Of a stretch of DNA of 64,000 nt, positions 1 through 8,178 are shown piece after piece. The stretch covers positions 576,001 through 640,000 of the forward strand of contig CAWGVS010000005.1 of assembly GCA_963826115.1 (NCBI GenBank), given 5' to 3'. Made by a program: the position numbers and the translations under genes. The DNA comes from an uncultured Candidatus Rokubacteria bacterium (lineage in GTDB: Bacteria; Methylomirabilota; Methylomirabilia; Rokubacteriales; DASRDR01). The notes beneath the pieces are model-generated. The model had not been told where the DNA came from, ran no database searches, and saw only the letters and a list, made by a program, of their open reading frames with translations. How positions within the stretch are numbered: position 1 is the first letter of the stretch; every line of letters begins with the position of its first letter.

Positions 1-908
1 GGCTCCCCGCTCAGCGTGAGCTGCGCGCCCTGGAGACTGATTCCCGCGGCGGCGGCGGCTTCGCTAAGACGCACCGCCGCGCTCGCGTACGTCGCGAGGT
101 GAGGGGTGCGCCCGGCCCCGAGGACCCCCGCCAGCCAGTGGACGATCGGCGCGGGATCCGCGAGCGGCACGTGGACCGGGCGAGGCAGCGAGACGCCCGC
201 GAGCGCGCCGCCCCAGCGTATCGCGCGCGCGCTCCACCGGTAGCGGGGGTGGAGCTCGGTCCCGGCGGGGTCCACGGGGGAGAACCAGCGAACCGGCGGC
301 GCGCCGAAGCCCGCCAGCCAGAGGATCCGCTTCAGGGCGGCGCCGCCGGGAACGCCCCAGATCGCGTGCTCCCACGCGTGGCCTCCGCGCGCATGCAGGA
401 CGAGGCAGTGGTTCACGGCGAGCTCTCGGATGAAGTCCAGGTTGACGTCCGCCGGGGTCGCCGCGCCGCCGCTGCCGCTGCTGCGCGCCGGCACGTGTCC
501 GCGCGCCTTGTGGTTCTCGAGACGTCCCGGGTCCGCCGTGACGACCGTGCCGCCGCGGATCGCGGGTCGCCGCCCCTTGAACTCGTCAACCGTGAGGTAG
601 ACCCCCGCACGCGCCAGAACGCGAAGAGCGCCCTCCACGCCGTCTCGCTCGACCAGGCCGCGGAGGTCCCCGTACTGGCAGCCGGCGGCGACAAGGAGCC
701 GTCGATACGGGCTGAGGCCGTGCTCGTACACCTGCTCGCGTACCAGCGCGAGGAAGTCGGTCTCGCGCGTTGCCAGGCGCCGGTGCAGCGTCGCCCGGGC
801 GACATCGAGGGTGACCGGGTGTCGGAGGAACCGGGGGAGGCGTGACAGGAACGCCGCACCGAGGCGCACGTCGGAGAGAGAGACCGCTCGGTGCCGCCGG
901 TCCTCCAT
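1..908 (-). CDS. Partial (runs off window) phenylacetate-CoA-ligase/ANL-like hypothetical protein
   Basis: Not in ORF track; manual translation from ATG 908 is open to position 1: MEDRRHRAVSLSDVRLGAAFLSRLPRFLRHP...GVYLTVDEFKGRRP...PARSSGSGGAATP...TYASAAVRL...LSGE; SSGSGG resembles the ANL P-loop. Confidence 0.65.
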   Translation of the reverse strand, partial: MEDRRHRAVSLSDVRLGAAFLSRLPRFLRHPVTLDVARATLHRRLATRETDFLALVREQVYEHGLSPYRRLLVAAGCQYGDLRGLVERDGVEGALRVLARAGVYLTVDEFKGRRPAIRGGTVVTADPGRLENHKARGHVPARSSGSGGAATPADVNLDFIRELAVNHCLVLHARGGHAWEHAIWGVPGGAALKRILWLAGFGAPPVRWFSPVDPAGTELHPRYRWSARAIRWGGALAGVSLPRPVHVPLADPAPIVHWLAGVLGAGRTPHLATYASAAVRLSEAAAAAGISLQGAQLTLSGE

Positions 909-986
909 GTCGGAGCTCCCGGGTACGCGGATCGGAGTCCCCGCGGCTGCGGCGAGCGCGGAGCGTGCGTGTCGCAAGCCGGTTAC

Positions 987-995
987 AGCGTAACA
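987..995 (-). promoter_or_regulatory. Extended -10 promoter candidate (TGtTACGCT) overlapping GTTAC-N3-GTAAC palindrome
   Basis: TGn-TAnnnT on the minus strand about 80 nt upstream of ATG 908, in a divergent intergenic region. Confidence 0.4.
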
Positions 996-1054
996 TCCTC
1001 GGCGGTGATGGCCGTCCCGGCGACCCATCACGAGCGGCGCGAAGAGGATTCCAC

Positions 1055-2092
1055 ATGAGGCGACAGAATCGACTGGCGTGGTTGGGGTGGGCCGTCGTGA
1101 TGCTTGCCTGGGCATCGGTCACTCGCGCCGAGCCGGCGAGGGACGAGGCCTTCTACCGAGGCAGGACGCTCCGCCTCCTGGTGGGCTTCTCGCCCGGGGG
1201 CGGTTTCGATGCCACGGCGCGCGTGCTCGTTCGGCACCTCGGGCGATACATTCCCGGGCAACCGGCGATCGTGGTCGAGCACATGCCGGGCGCCGGGAGT
1301 CTCATCGCCGCGAACCACCTCTATCACGCCGCCCGGCCCGACGGCCTCACCGTGGGCCAGTTCGCCGGCGGCGTGCTCCTCGGGCAGGTCCTCGGTCATC
1401 CCGGGGTCGAGTTCGACGCGCGGCGGTTCGCGTACGTCGGGGCGATCGCCCGCGAGTTCGTGGCGTGCGCTCTCGACCGCCGCAGTGGCATCACGAGCCT
1501 CGACGCTTGGGCGGCGACCAGGACGCCCGTCAAGCTGGGGGCGCAAGCCCCGGGCGCGGCGTCGCACGACGCGCCGCGCATCCTGCGCGCGGCCCTCGGC
1601 CTGCCGATCCAGGTCGTGGCGGGGTACCGGGGCACTGCGGAGATCCGGCTTGCCGTCGAGGCGGGCGAGGTCGCCGGCGCGTGCTTCAACCTGGGCTCCA
1701 TGCGCGCCATCTGGGGAGAGGCGCTGGAGACCGGGCGGGTGCGGGTCGTTCTCCAGGTCGGGCCGGGTGCCCGGCCGGACCTACCCGGAGTGCCCTCGGC
1801 GCTCGACGGCGCTCGGGGCGAAGATGGGCGGCGTCTGCTCGAGACCCTGCAGGGGATGGGCGCGGTGAGCCGAGCGTTGTCGCTGCCGCCCGGAACGCCC
1901 CCGGAGCGAATCCGGCTCCTCCGGTGGGCCCTCCAGAGAACGGTCCGTGACCCGGCCTTCCTCGCCGATGCCGAGCGCTCGAGACTGGAAGTGGATCCGG
2001 TGCCTGGCGAGGAGATCGAGCGCGTCGTCGACGACCTGTTCCGGATGGACCCCGCGATCGCCGCGAGGCTCCGGGCGGTCCTCCTCGAGTGA
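1055..2092 (+). CDS. Tripartite tricarboxylate transporter substrate-binding protein (TctC/Bug family)
   Basis: Signal peptide then FYRGRTLRLLVGFSPGGGFD, HMPGAGSLIAAN, PDGLT, GYRGTAEIRLAVEAGEV; GAGGA RBS before ATG 1055. Confidence 0.9.
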   Translation: MRRQNRLAWLGWAVVMLAWASVTRAEPARDEAFYRGRTLRLLVGFSPGGGFDATARVLVRHLGRYIPGQPAIVVEHMPGAGSLIAANHLYHAARPDGLTVGQFAGGVLLGQVLGHPGVEFDARRFAYVGAIAREFVACALDRRSGITSLDAWAATRTPVKLGAQAPGAASHDAPRILRAALGLPIQVVAGYRGTAEIRLAVEAGEVAGACFNLGSMRAIWGEALETGRVRVVLQVGPGARPDLPGVPSALDGARGEDGRRLLETLQGMGAVSRALSLPPGTPPERIRLLRWALQRTVRDPAFLADAERSRLEVDPVPGEEIERVVDDLFRMDPAIAARLRAVLLE

Positions 2093-2209
2093 CGTCGCTC
2101 GTGGCGTGCTGACGAAATGGGCGAAGCGGTCTGTTGGTCTTGTGTGGCGTGAGGTTGCGACGGTTGCCCACCTGTTATCCACCGCCGCCGCACGCAAACG
2201 GTGGATCGT

Positions 2210-2238
2210 TTGACCTCACTCCACCCTTTCGGTATCTT
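2210..2238 (+). promoter_or_regulatory. sigma70 promoter for rlmN operon
   Basis: TTGACC-17 nt-TATCTT ending 9 nt before ATG 2248. Confidence 0.6.
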
Positions 2239-2247
2239 GAAGGCGCC

Positions 2248-3270
2248 ATGTCCGCGACGAACTTGCTCGAATTGACTCCGGACGAGATCGTCGCGCTCGT
2301 CGAGGACCTCGGAGAGCCGGCGTACCGAGGTCGACAGCTCGCGACCTGGGTGTACGTGAAGGGCGTGGCGTCCCTCGCCGCGATGACGGACCTCCCGAAG
2401 GAGTTCCGCGAGCGGTTCTCTCGCGTGGCCGAGGTGTCGCCGCCCAAGATCGCGGCGCGGCAGGTCTCCCAGGACGGAAGCACCAAGCTCGACCTCCGCC
2501 TGGCCGACGGCCGGGTGGTCCAGACGGTGATCATGCCTGACGGCGACCGTCTGACGCTCTGCGTCTCGACCCAGGTCGGCTGCGGGTTCGGCTGCGCCTT
2601 CTGCCTCACCGGGACGATGGGCCTCGTCCGGAACCTCACCGCCGGGGAGATCGTGGGCCAGGTATGGGCGGCGCGGAGCACGCTCGCGCCGGGCGCCCGG
2701 CTGACCCACGTCGTCTTCATGGGCATGGGCGAGCCGCTCGCCAACTACGCGGCGACGGTCAAGGCGCTCCGCGTCCTGGTCGCGCCCCGCGGCTTCGGGT
2801 TCTCGCCCCGACGCATCACCGTGTCCACCGTGGGCCTCGTGGGGGGGCTCGAGCGGCTGGCGCGCGAGAACCTCCGGGTGAACCTGGCGGTTTCGCTGCA
2901 CGCGGTCACCGACGAGGTCCGGGGGCGCCTCATGCCCGTCAACCGGGGCTGGGGACTCGACGACCTCCTGGCGGCGTGCCGGCGGTTCCCGCTGGCCGTG
3001 CGCCAGCGGATGACATTCGAGTACACGCTGCTCGACGGCGTCAACGACTCGGCCGAGGACGCCCAGCGGCTCGTGCGCCGCCTCCGGGGTCTCCGGGCCA
3101 AGGTGAACCTGATTCCGTTCAACGAGTGGCCGGGGGCGACCTTCCGGCGACCCCCGCCCGAGCGCATCCTCGCATTCCAGCGCGCGCTTCTCGATGCCGG
3201 GCTCATCGCCACGATCCGCTGGTCCAAGGGCGAGGACGTCGGCGCCGCGTGCGGCCAGCTCGCCTCCTAG
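2248..3270 (+). CDS. rlmN: Dual-specificity RNA methyltransferase RlmN (radical SAM)
   Basis: CVSTQVGCGFGCAFC, MGMGEPLAN, SLHA, NLIPFN, C-terminal AACGQL. Confidence 0.95.
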   Translation: MSATNLLELTPDEIVALVEDLGEPAYRGRQLATWVYVKGVASLAAMTDLPKEFRERFSRVAEVSPPKIAARQVSQDGSTKLDLRLADGRVVQTVIMPDGDRLTLCVSTQVGCGFGCAFCLTGTMGLVRNLTAGEIVGQVWAARSTLAPGARLTHVVFMGMGEPLANYAATVKALRVLVAPRGFGFSPRRITVSTVGLVGGLERLARENLRVNLAVSLHAVTDEVRGRLMPVNRGWGLDDLLAACRRFPLAVRQRMTFEYTLLDGVNDSAEDAQRLVRRLRGLRAKVNLIPFNEWPGATFRRPPPERILAFQRALLDAGLIATIRWSKGEDVGAACGQLAS

Positions 3271-3289
3271 GGTCCTAGGGGTCAGGCCT

Positions 3290-4669
3290 TTGACTTCCGT
3301 GCAGTCGGCGCCGGCTGCCCGTGAGACGTACGGAAGCCCCGGGCTGGCTCCGGTCACCGTGGCGTTCGCGACGCTCGGGTGCAAGCTGAACCAGTACGAC
3401 ACCACGGAGGTCCAGGCGCTCCTCGAGGCCGAGGGCTTCCGGACGGTGCCCTTCGAGGACCGCGCGCAGGTGTACGTGATCAACACCTGCACCGTGACGG
3501 CCCGCGCCGACTACTCCGACCGCCAGGCGATCCGTCGCGCCGTCGCCCGGAACCCGGGGGCGGTGGTGGTCGTGACCGGGTGCTACGCGCAGACGAACCC
3601 GGAGGCGGTGGCCGCGATTCCGGGGGTGAGCCTGGTCCTCGGGACCCAGGACCGCCACGAGCTGCCGCGGCTCCTCGACCAGGCCCGCCAGCGCGTCCGT
3701 CCCCTCGTCCAGGTGAGCGACGTCTTCGCCAGGCGGACGCTTCCGGTGATCCCGGTACGGCGGTTCACGCCGGGCCACACGCGGGCCTTCGTGAAGGTCC
3801 AGGACGGCTGCCAGCACCGCTGCAGCTTCTGCATCGTCCCGTTCGCCCGGGGCGGAAGCCGGAGCCAGCCCGTGGAGGGGGTGGTCGAGCAGATCCAGGC
3901 GCTCGTCGACGCGGGCTACGCCGAGGTCGTCCTCACCGGCGTCGACCTCGGCCACTACGGCTGGGACCTCCAGCCGCGCACGAGCCTCGCCGCGCTGACG
4001 CGGCGGCTCCTGGACGTGCGCGGGCTCGTCCAGCTCCGGCTGTCCTCGGTGCTGCCCGCCTACTTCACGGACGAGCTGGCCGAGCTGGTGACGGGCGATC
4101 GCCGGATCTGCCGCCACCTCCACGTGCCGCTCCAGTCCGGTTCCGACCCGGTCTTGCGGGCGATGCGGCGGCCGTACACGACGAGGATGTACCGCGCGCT
4201 CGTCGAGCGGCTGGCGGCGGCCATCCCCGACCTCGGGCTCGGCACCGACGTGATCACCGGATTCCCGGGGGAAACGGACGGCGACTTCGAGGCGACCGAG
4301 GCGCTGCTCTCGGACCTCCCGTTCACCTATCTCCACGTCTTCTCGTACTCCGACCGCCGCGGTACCGAGGCGGCGCGCCGGACGGCGCCCCGCGTGGCGC
4401 CCGAGAGGGTCCGCCAGCGCACGACCCGGCTCAGGCGTCTCGGGGCCTCGAAGCAGCTCCACTTCCGTCGGGCGCAGATCGGCCGCGAGCTCTCCGTGCT
4501 CGTGCTCGAGCAGCGCGGGCGAGAAGGGGGACAGCTGGTGGGTCTCACCGACAACTACCTGGAGGTGGCCTTCCCGGGCCCGGACACGCTCATGCGCCGG
4601 TTCGCGCGCGTGCGGGCGACCGGTCAGGACGGGGCCAGGCTGGAGGGGGAGCTCGTCAGCGATGGCTGA
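3290..4669 (+). CDS. mtaB: tRNA t6A37 methylthiotransferase MtaB (start uncertain)
   Basis: TLGCKLNQYD, INTCTVT, TGCYAQ, KVQDGCQHRCSFC, HVFSYSDRRGT, GLTDNY. Confidence 0.92.
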   Translation: MTSVQSAPAARETYGSPGLAPVTVAFATLGCKLNQYDTTEVQALLEAEGFRTVPFEDRAQVYVINTCTVTARADYSDRQAIRRAVARNPGAVVVVTGCYAQTNPEAVAAIPGVSLVLGTQDRHELPRLLDQARQRVRPLVQVSDVFARRTLPVIPVRRFTPGHTRAFVKVQDGCQHRCSFCIVPFARGGSRSQPVEGVVEQIQALVDAGYAEVVLTGVDLGHYGWDLQPRTSLAALTRRLLDVRGLVQLRLSSVLPAYFTDELAELVTGDRRICRHLHVPLQSGSDPVLRAMRRPYTTRMYRALVERLAAAIPDLGLGTDVITGFPGETDGDFEATEALLSDLPFTYLHVFSYSDRRGTEAARRTAPRVAPERVRQRTTRLRRLGASKQLHFRRAQIGRELSVLVLEQRGREGGQLVGLTDNYLEVAFPGPDTLMRRFARVRATGQDGARLEGELVSDG

Positions 4670-5633
4670 GCCGCGGATCGGCGTCATCGGGGGAAGCGGG
4701 CTCTACGAGCTGGAAGGCCTGACCGACGTCCGCTGGCACCGGGTGCGGACGCCCTACGGCGATCCGTCCGATGCCTACTGCATCGGCCGGCTCGGGGGCC
4801 GCGAGGTCGTGTTCCTGCCGCGGCACGGCCGCGGCCACCGGCTGATCCCCTCGGAGCTCCCGTTCCGCGCGAACCTCTACGGGATGAAGGCGCTCGGCGT
4901 CGAGTGGGTCATCTCGGTGAGCGCGGTCGGCAGCATGCGCGAGCGGATCGCGCCGCTCGACCTCGTCATCCCCGACCAGTTCTACGACCACACCAAGCGC
5001 CGGATCCCCTCGTTCTTCGAGGAAGGGATCGTCGCGCACATCTCGATGGCGGACCCCGTGTGCCCGGACCTTGCGGGCGCGCTCCAGGCCGCGTCCGCCG
5101 AGACCGGCGCAACGGTCCACGGGGGCGGCACGTACCTCTGCATCGAGGGCCCCCAGTTCTCCACGAAGGCCGAGTCTCGGATTTACCGCGGCTGGGGGGT
5201 CGACGTCATCGGGATGACGAACGTGCCCGAGGTGAAGCTCGCCCGCGAGGCCGAGCTCTGCTACGCGACGCTCGCGCTCGTCACGGACTACGACGTCTGG
5301 CACGAGACGGAGGCCGAGGTCACGGTCGAGGCCGTCGTGGCGAATCTCATGAAGAACGTCGCCACGGCGAAGGCCGTGCTCCGGCGCGTCATCCCCCGGC
5401 TCCACGCCCCGCGGACCTGTCCCTGTCCGGGGCTCCTCCGGAACGCGGTGATCACGTCACCGGCAGCGTTCCCGGAATCCGCGCGCCGACGCCTCGGCCT
5501 CCTGATCGGGAAGTACTTCCCGCCGGCTCCGTCCTCGCCGACCGCGCGGCCGCGGCGCCTGGCCGCCCCGCTCCGGTCCGCGCGACCGCGCCCGGCGGCG
5601 AGCCCGAAGGGGAAGGGGCCGCGGCGTGGCTGA
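4662..5633 (+). CDS. mtnP: S-methyl-5'-thioadenosine phosphorylase
   Basis: GVIGGSGLY, FLPRHGRGH, EGPQFSTKAES, VIGMT, VTDYDVW. Confidence 0.93.
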   Translation: MAEPRIGVIGGSGLYELEGLTDVRWHRVRTPYGDPSDAYCIGRLGGREVVFLPRHGRGHRLIPSELPFRANLYGMKALGVEWVISVSAVGSMRERIAPLDLVIPDQFYDHTKRRIPSFFEEGIVAHISMADPVCPDLAGALQAASAETGATVHGGGTYLCIEGPQFSTKAESRIYRGWGVDVIGMTNVPEVKLAREAELCYATLALVTDYDVWHETEAEVTVEAVVANLMKNVATAKAVLRRVIPRLHAPRTCPCPGLLRNAVITSPAAFPESARRRLGLLIGKYFPPAPSSPTARPRRLAAPLRSARPRPAASPKGKGPRRG

Positions 5634-6534
5634 TCTCCTGGTCACGGGTACCGTTGCTCTGGACGACGTCCGTACGCCCTTCGGCCAGGTGTCCGATGCC
5701 CTCGGAGGGTCGGCGACGTTCTTCTCCTACGCGGCGTCGTTTTTTACGAGCGTGAAGCTCGCCGCCGTCATCGGGCCCGACTTCCCGAAGGAGCACCTCG
5801 AGCTCCTGGCCGCGCGCGGGGTGGACCTGGCCGGCGTCCAGGTGACGGACGGAGCGACCTTCCGCTGGAAGGGCGAGTACGGCTACGACCTGAACGAAGC
5901 GCGGACGCTCGACACGCGCCTCGGGGTGCTCGCCGACTTCAAGCCCGACCTGCCGCAGCACTACCGCCGCTGCCCCTACGCGTTCCTCGCGAACCTCGAC
6001 CCGGTGATCCAGCTCGACGTCCTCCGGAGCATGGAGCGCCCCCGGCTGGCGGCGCTCGACACCATGAACTTCTGGATCAAGGGGAAGCCGGACGAGCTCC
6101 GGAAGGTGCTGGCGGAGGTCGACGCGCTCCTGGTCAACGACACCGAGGCCCGCATGCTGGCCGGCGAGCCGAACCTCGTCAGGGCGGCGCGCGTGATCCT
6201 CGCGTGGGGGCCCCGGGTGGTCGTGGTGAAGCGGGGCGAGTACGGCGCGCTGATGGTCACGCCCGACCGCTTTTTCTTCGTGCCGGCCTACCCGCTCGAA
6301 TCGGTCTTCGACCCGACGGGGGCGGGGGACACGTTCGCGGGCGGCTTCATGGGCGTCCTGGCCGGCGAGGACGCCACGGACGAGGCGGCGCTTCGCCGTG
6401 CCATCGTGTACGGGAGCGTGATCGCGTCGTTCACCGTGGAGGACTTCTCGCTCGACCGGCTGCGGCGCCTGACGCGCGCGGACATCGACGGGCGCTACCG
6501 CGCCTTCCGGGAGATGATGCAGGTTGAGCTCTGA
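5626..6534 (+). CDS. PfkB/ribokinase family kinase
   Basis: LGGSA N-terminal motif, VVKRGEYGA, DPTGAGDTFAGGF. Confidence 0.9.
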   Translation: MADLLVTGTVALDDVRTPFGQVSDALGGSATFFSYAASFFTSVKLAAVIGPDFPKEHLELLAARGVDLAGVQVTDGATFRWKGEYGYDLNEARTLDTRLGVLADFKPDLPQHYRRCPYAFLANLDPVIQLDVLRSMERPRLAALDTMNFWIKGKPDELRKVLAEVDALLVNDTEARMLAGEPNLVRAARVILAWGPRVVVVKRGEYGALMVTPDRFFFVPAYPLESVFDPTGAGDTFAGGFMGVLAGEDATDEAALRRAIVYGSVIASFTVEDFSLDRLRRLTRADIDGRYRAFREMMQVEL

Positions 6535-7414
6535 GGGGCCCGGCGCCGTTCACGCCCTGGCGGGTGTGACTCCCGAGACTCGCGAGAAGTACGCGCGGCT
6601 CCTGGCCGGCCTGCGGGAGCTCGAGAGTCTCGCGGTCGCATTCTCCGGCGGCGTCGACTCGACGCTCCTCGGCTGGGCCGCGCGGGAGGCGCTCGGCCCG
6701 CAGGCGGTCCTGGTGACCGCGGACTCGGAGAGCTACGCCGAGGGCGAGCTCGACGAGGCGCGGCAGCTGGCCGCCCGGCTCGGGCTTCGCCACGTCGTGA
6801 TCGAGACGCGGGAGCTCGAGAACCCCGAGTACGCCGCGAACCCGCCCAACCGGTGCTTCTTCTGCAAGGAGGAGCTCTTTGCCCGGCTCGAGCCGCTGGC
6901 GCGGGCCGAGGGGCTCCGCCACCTGGCCTACGGCGCGACGGTGGACGACCTCGGCGACCACCGCCCGGGGATGACGTCGGCGCGGCAGCGCGGCGTCCGC
7001 GCCCCCCTGATCGACGCGGGGCTGGGCAAGGCCGAGATCCGCGAGCTCTCGCGGGCCTTCGACCTCCCGACCTGGGACAAGCCGGCCATGGCGTGCCTCT
7101 CGTCGCGGTTCCCGTACGGGACGCCGATCACCGCGGAGAAGCTCCGGCAGGTCGACCGCGCGGAGGCCGCCGTCCGGGCCCTGGGGTTCCGGGAGTTCCG
7201 CGTGCGTCACCACGGGGAGATCGCGCGCCTCGAGATCGCGCGCGACGAGATGCCGCGCGTCTTCGAGGAGGGGCGGGCGGAGGCGATCGCCGAGCGCCTC
7301 GCCGAGCTGGGCTTCCTCCACGTGACGCTCGATCTCCGTGGCTTCCGGTCGGGCAGCCTCAACGACGCGCTCCTCCGGCTGCGCGCGCGGCGGGCGGCCG
7401 CCGGTCCCGGCTGA
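6524..7414 (+). CDS. larE: NPN cofactor sulfur transferase LarE (start uncertain)
   Basis: PP-loop AFSGGVDST, RCFFCK, DHRPG, WDKPAMACLSSRFPYG, GFRSGSLN. Confidence 0.93.
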   Translation: MSSEGPGAVHALAGVTPETREKYARLLAGLRELESLAVAFSGGVDSTLLGWAAREALGPQAVLVTADSESYAEGELDEARQLAARLGLRHVVIETRELENPEYAANPPNRCFFCKEELFARLEPLARAEGLRHLAYGATVDDLGDHRPGMTSARQRGVRAPLIDAGLGKAEIRELSRAFDLPTWDKPAMACLSSRFPYGTPITAEKLRQVDRAEAAVRALGFREFRVRHHGEIARLEIARDEMPRVFEEGRAEAIAERLAELGFLHVTLDLRGFRSGSLNDALLRLRARRAAAGPG

Positions 7415-8172
7415 TGGATCCCGAGCGCCTCCGGGAGCTCCTCCTCGCCGTGCAGCAGGGCGCGGTCTCGCCGGACGACGCGCTGGCCCGGCTGAGGCGG
7501 CTTCCGTTCGAGGATCTCGGCTTCGCCCGCCTCGACACGCACCGGGCGCTCCGGGCGGGCGCGCCGGAGACCGTGTACTGTCCGGGCAAGACGCCGGATC
7601 AGGTCGTCGCCATCCTCGCCCGGCTGGCCGAGTCCCACGCGAACGTGCTCGCGACCCGGGCCACGGCGGAGGTGCACGCGCTCGCGACCCAGGCCGGGCT
7701 CCGCGTCGCCTGGCATCCGACGGCCCGCATCCTCGTCGCGAATCCCGAGACGGTCGAGGGCGTGGGGCTCGTCGTCGTGGTGTCGGCCGGCACCTCCGAC
7801 ATCGCGATCGCGGAGGAGGCGGCGGTGACGGCCGAGGCGCGAGGGAACCGGGTCGAGCGCGTGTACGACGCGGGCGTCGCCGGGCTCCACCGGCTGCTCG
7901 CGCAGCACCCGCTCCTCCTCGAGGCCAACGCGATCGTGGTCGTCGCCGGGATGGAGGGCGCCCTCGCGAGCGTGGTGGGGGGCCTCGTGGACCGGCCCGT
8001 CATCGCGGTGCCCACGAGCGTCGGGTACGGGGTCTCGGAGGGCGGGTTCGCCGCTCTCCTCACCATGCTCGCGACCTGCGTGCCCGGGATCGCCGTCGTG
8101 AACATCGACAACGGGTTCGGAGCGGCCTGTCTCGCTGATCGCATCAACAAGCTCGCCGTCAAGATCCGGTAG
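7414..8172 (+). CDS. larB: NPN cofactor biosynthesis carboxylase/hydrolase LarB
   Basis: ATG overlaps larE stop; FARLDTHR, AGTSD, DAGVAGLHR, AGMEGAL, AVPTSVGYG, VNIDNGFGAA. Confidence 0.95.
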   Translation: MDPERLRELLLAVQQGAVSPDDALARLRRLPFEDLGFARLDTHRALRAGAPETVYCPGKTPDQVVAILARLAESHANVLATRATAEVHALATQAGLRVAWHPTARILVANPETVEGVGLVVVVSAGTSDIAIAEEAAVTAEARGNRVERVYDAGVAGLHRLLAQHPLLLEANAIVVVAGMEGALASVVGGLVDRPVIAVPTSVGYGVSEGGFAALLTMLATCVPGIAVVNIDNGFGAACLADRINKLAVKIR

Positions 8173-8178
8173 GGCCGC

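Noticed and set aside
2175-2183. TTATCCACC, DnaA-box-like
   Set aside because: Single 8/9 match; no box cluster, unwinding element or dnaA nearby
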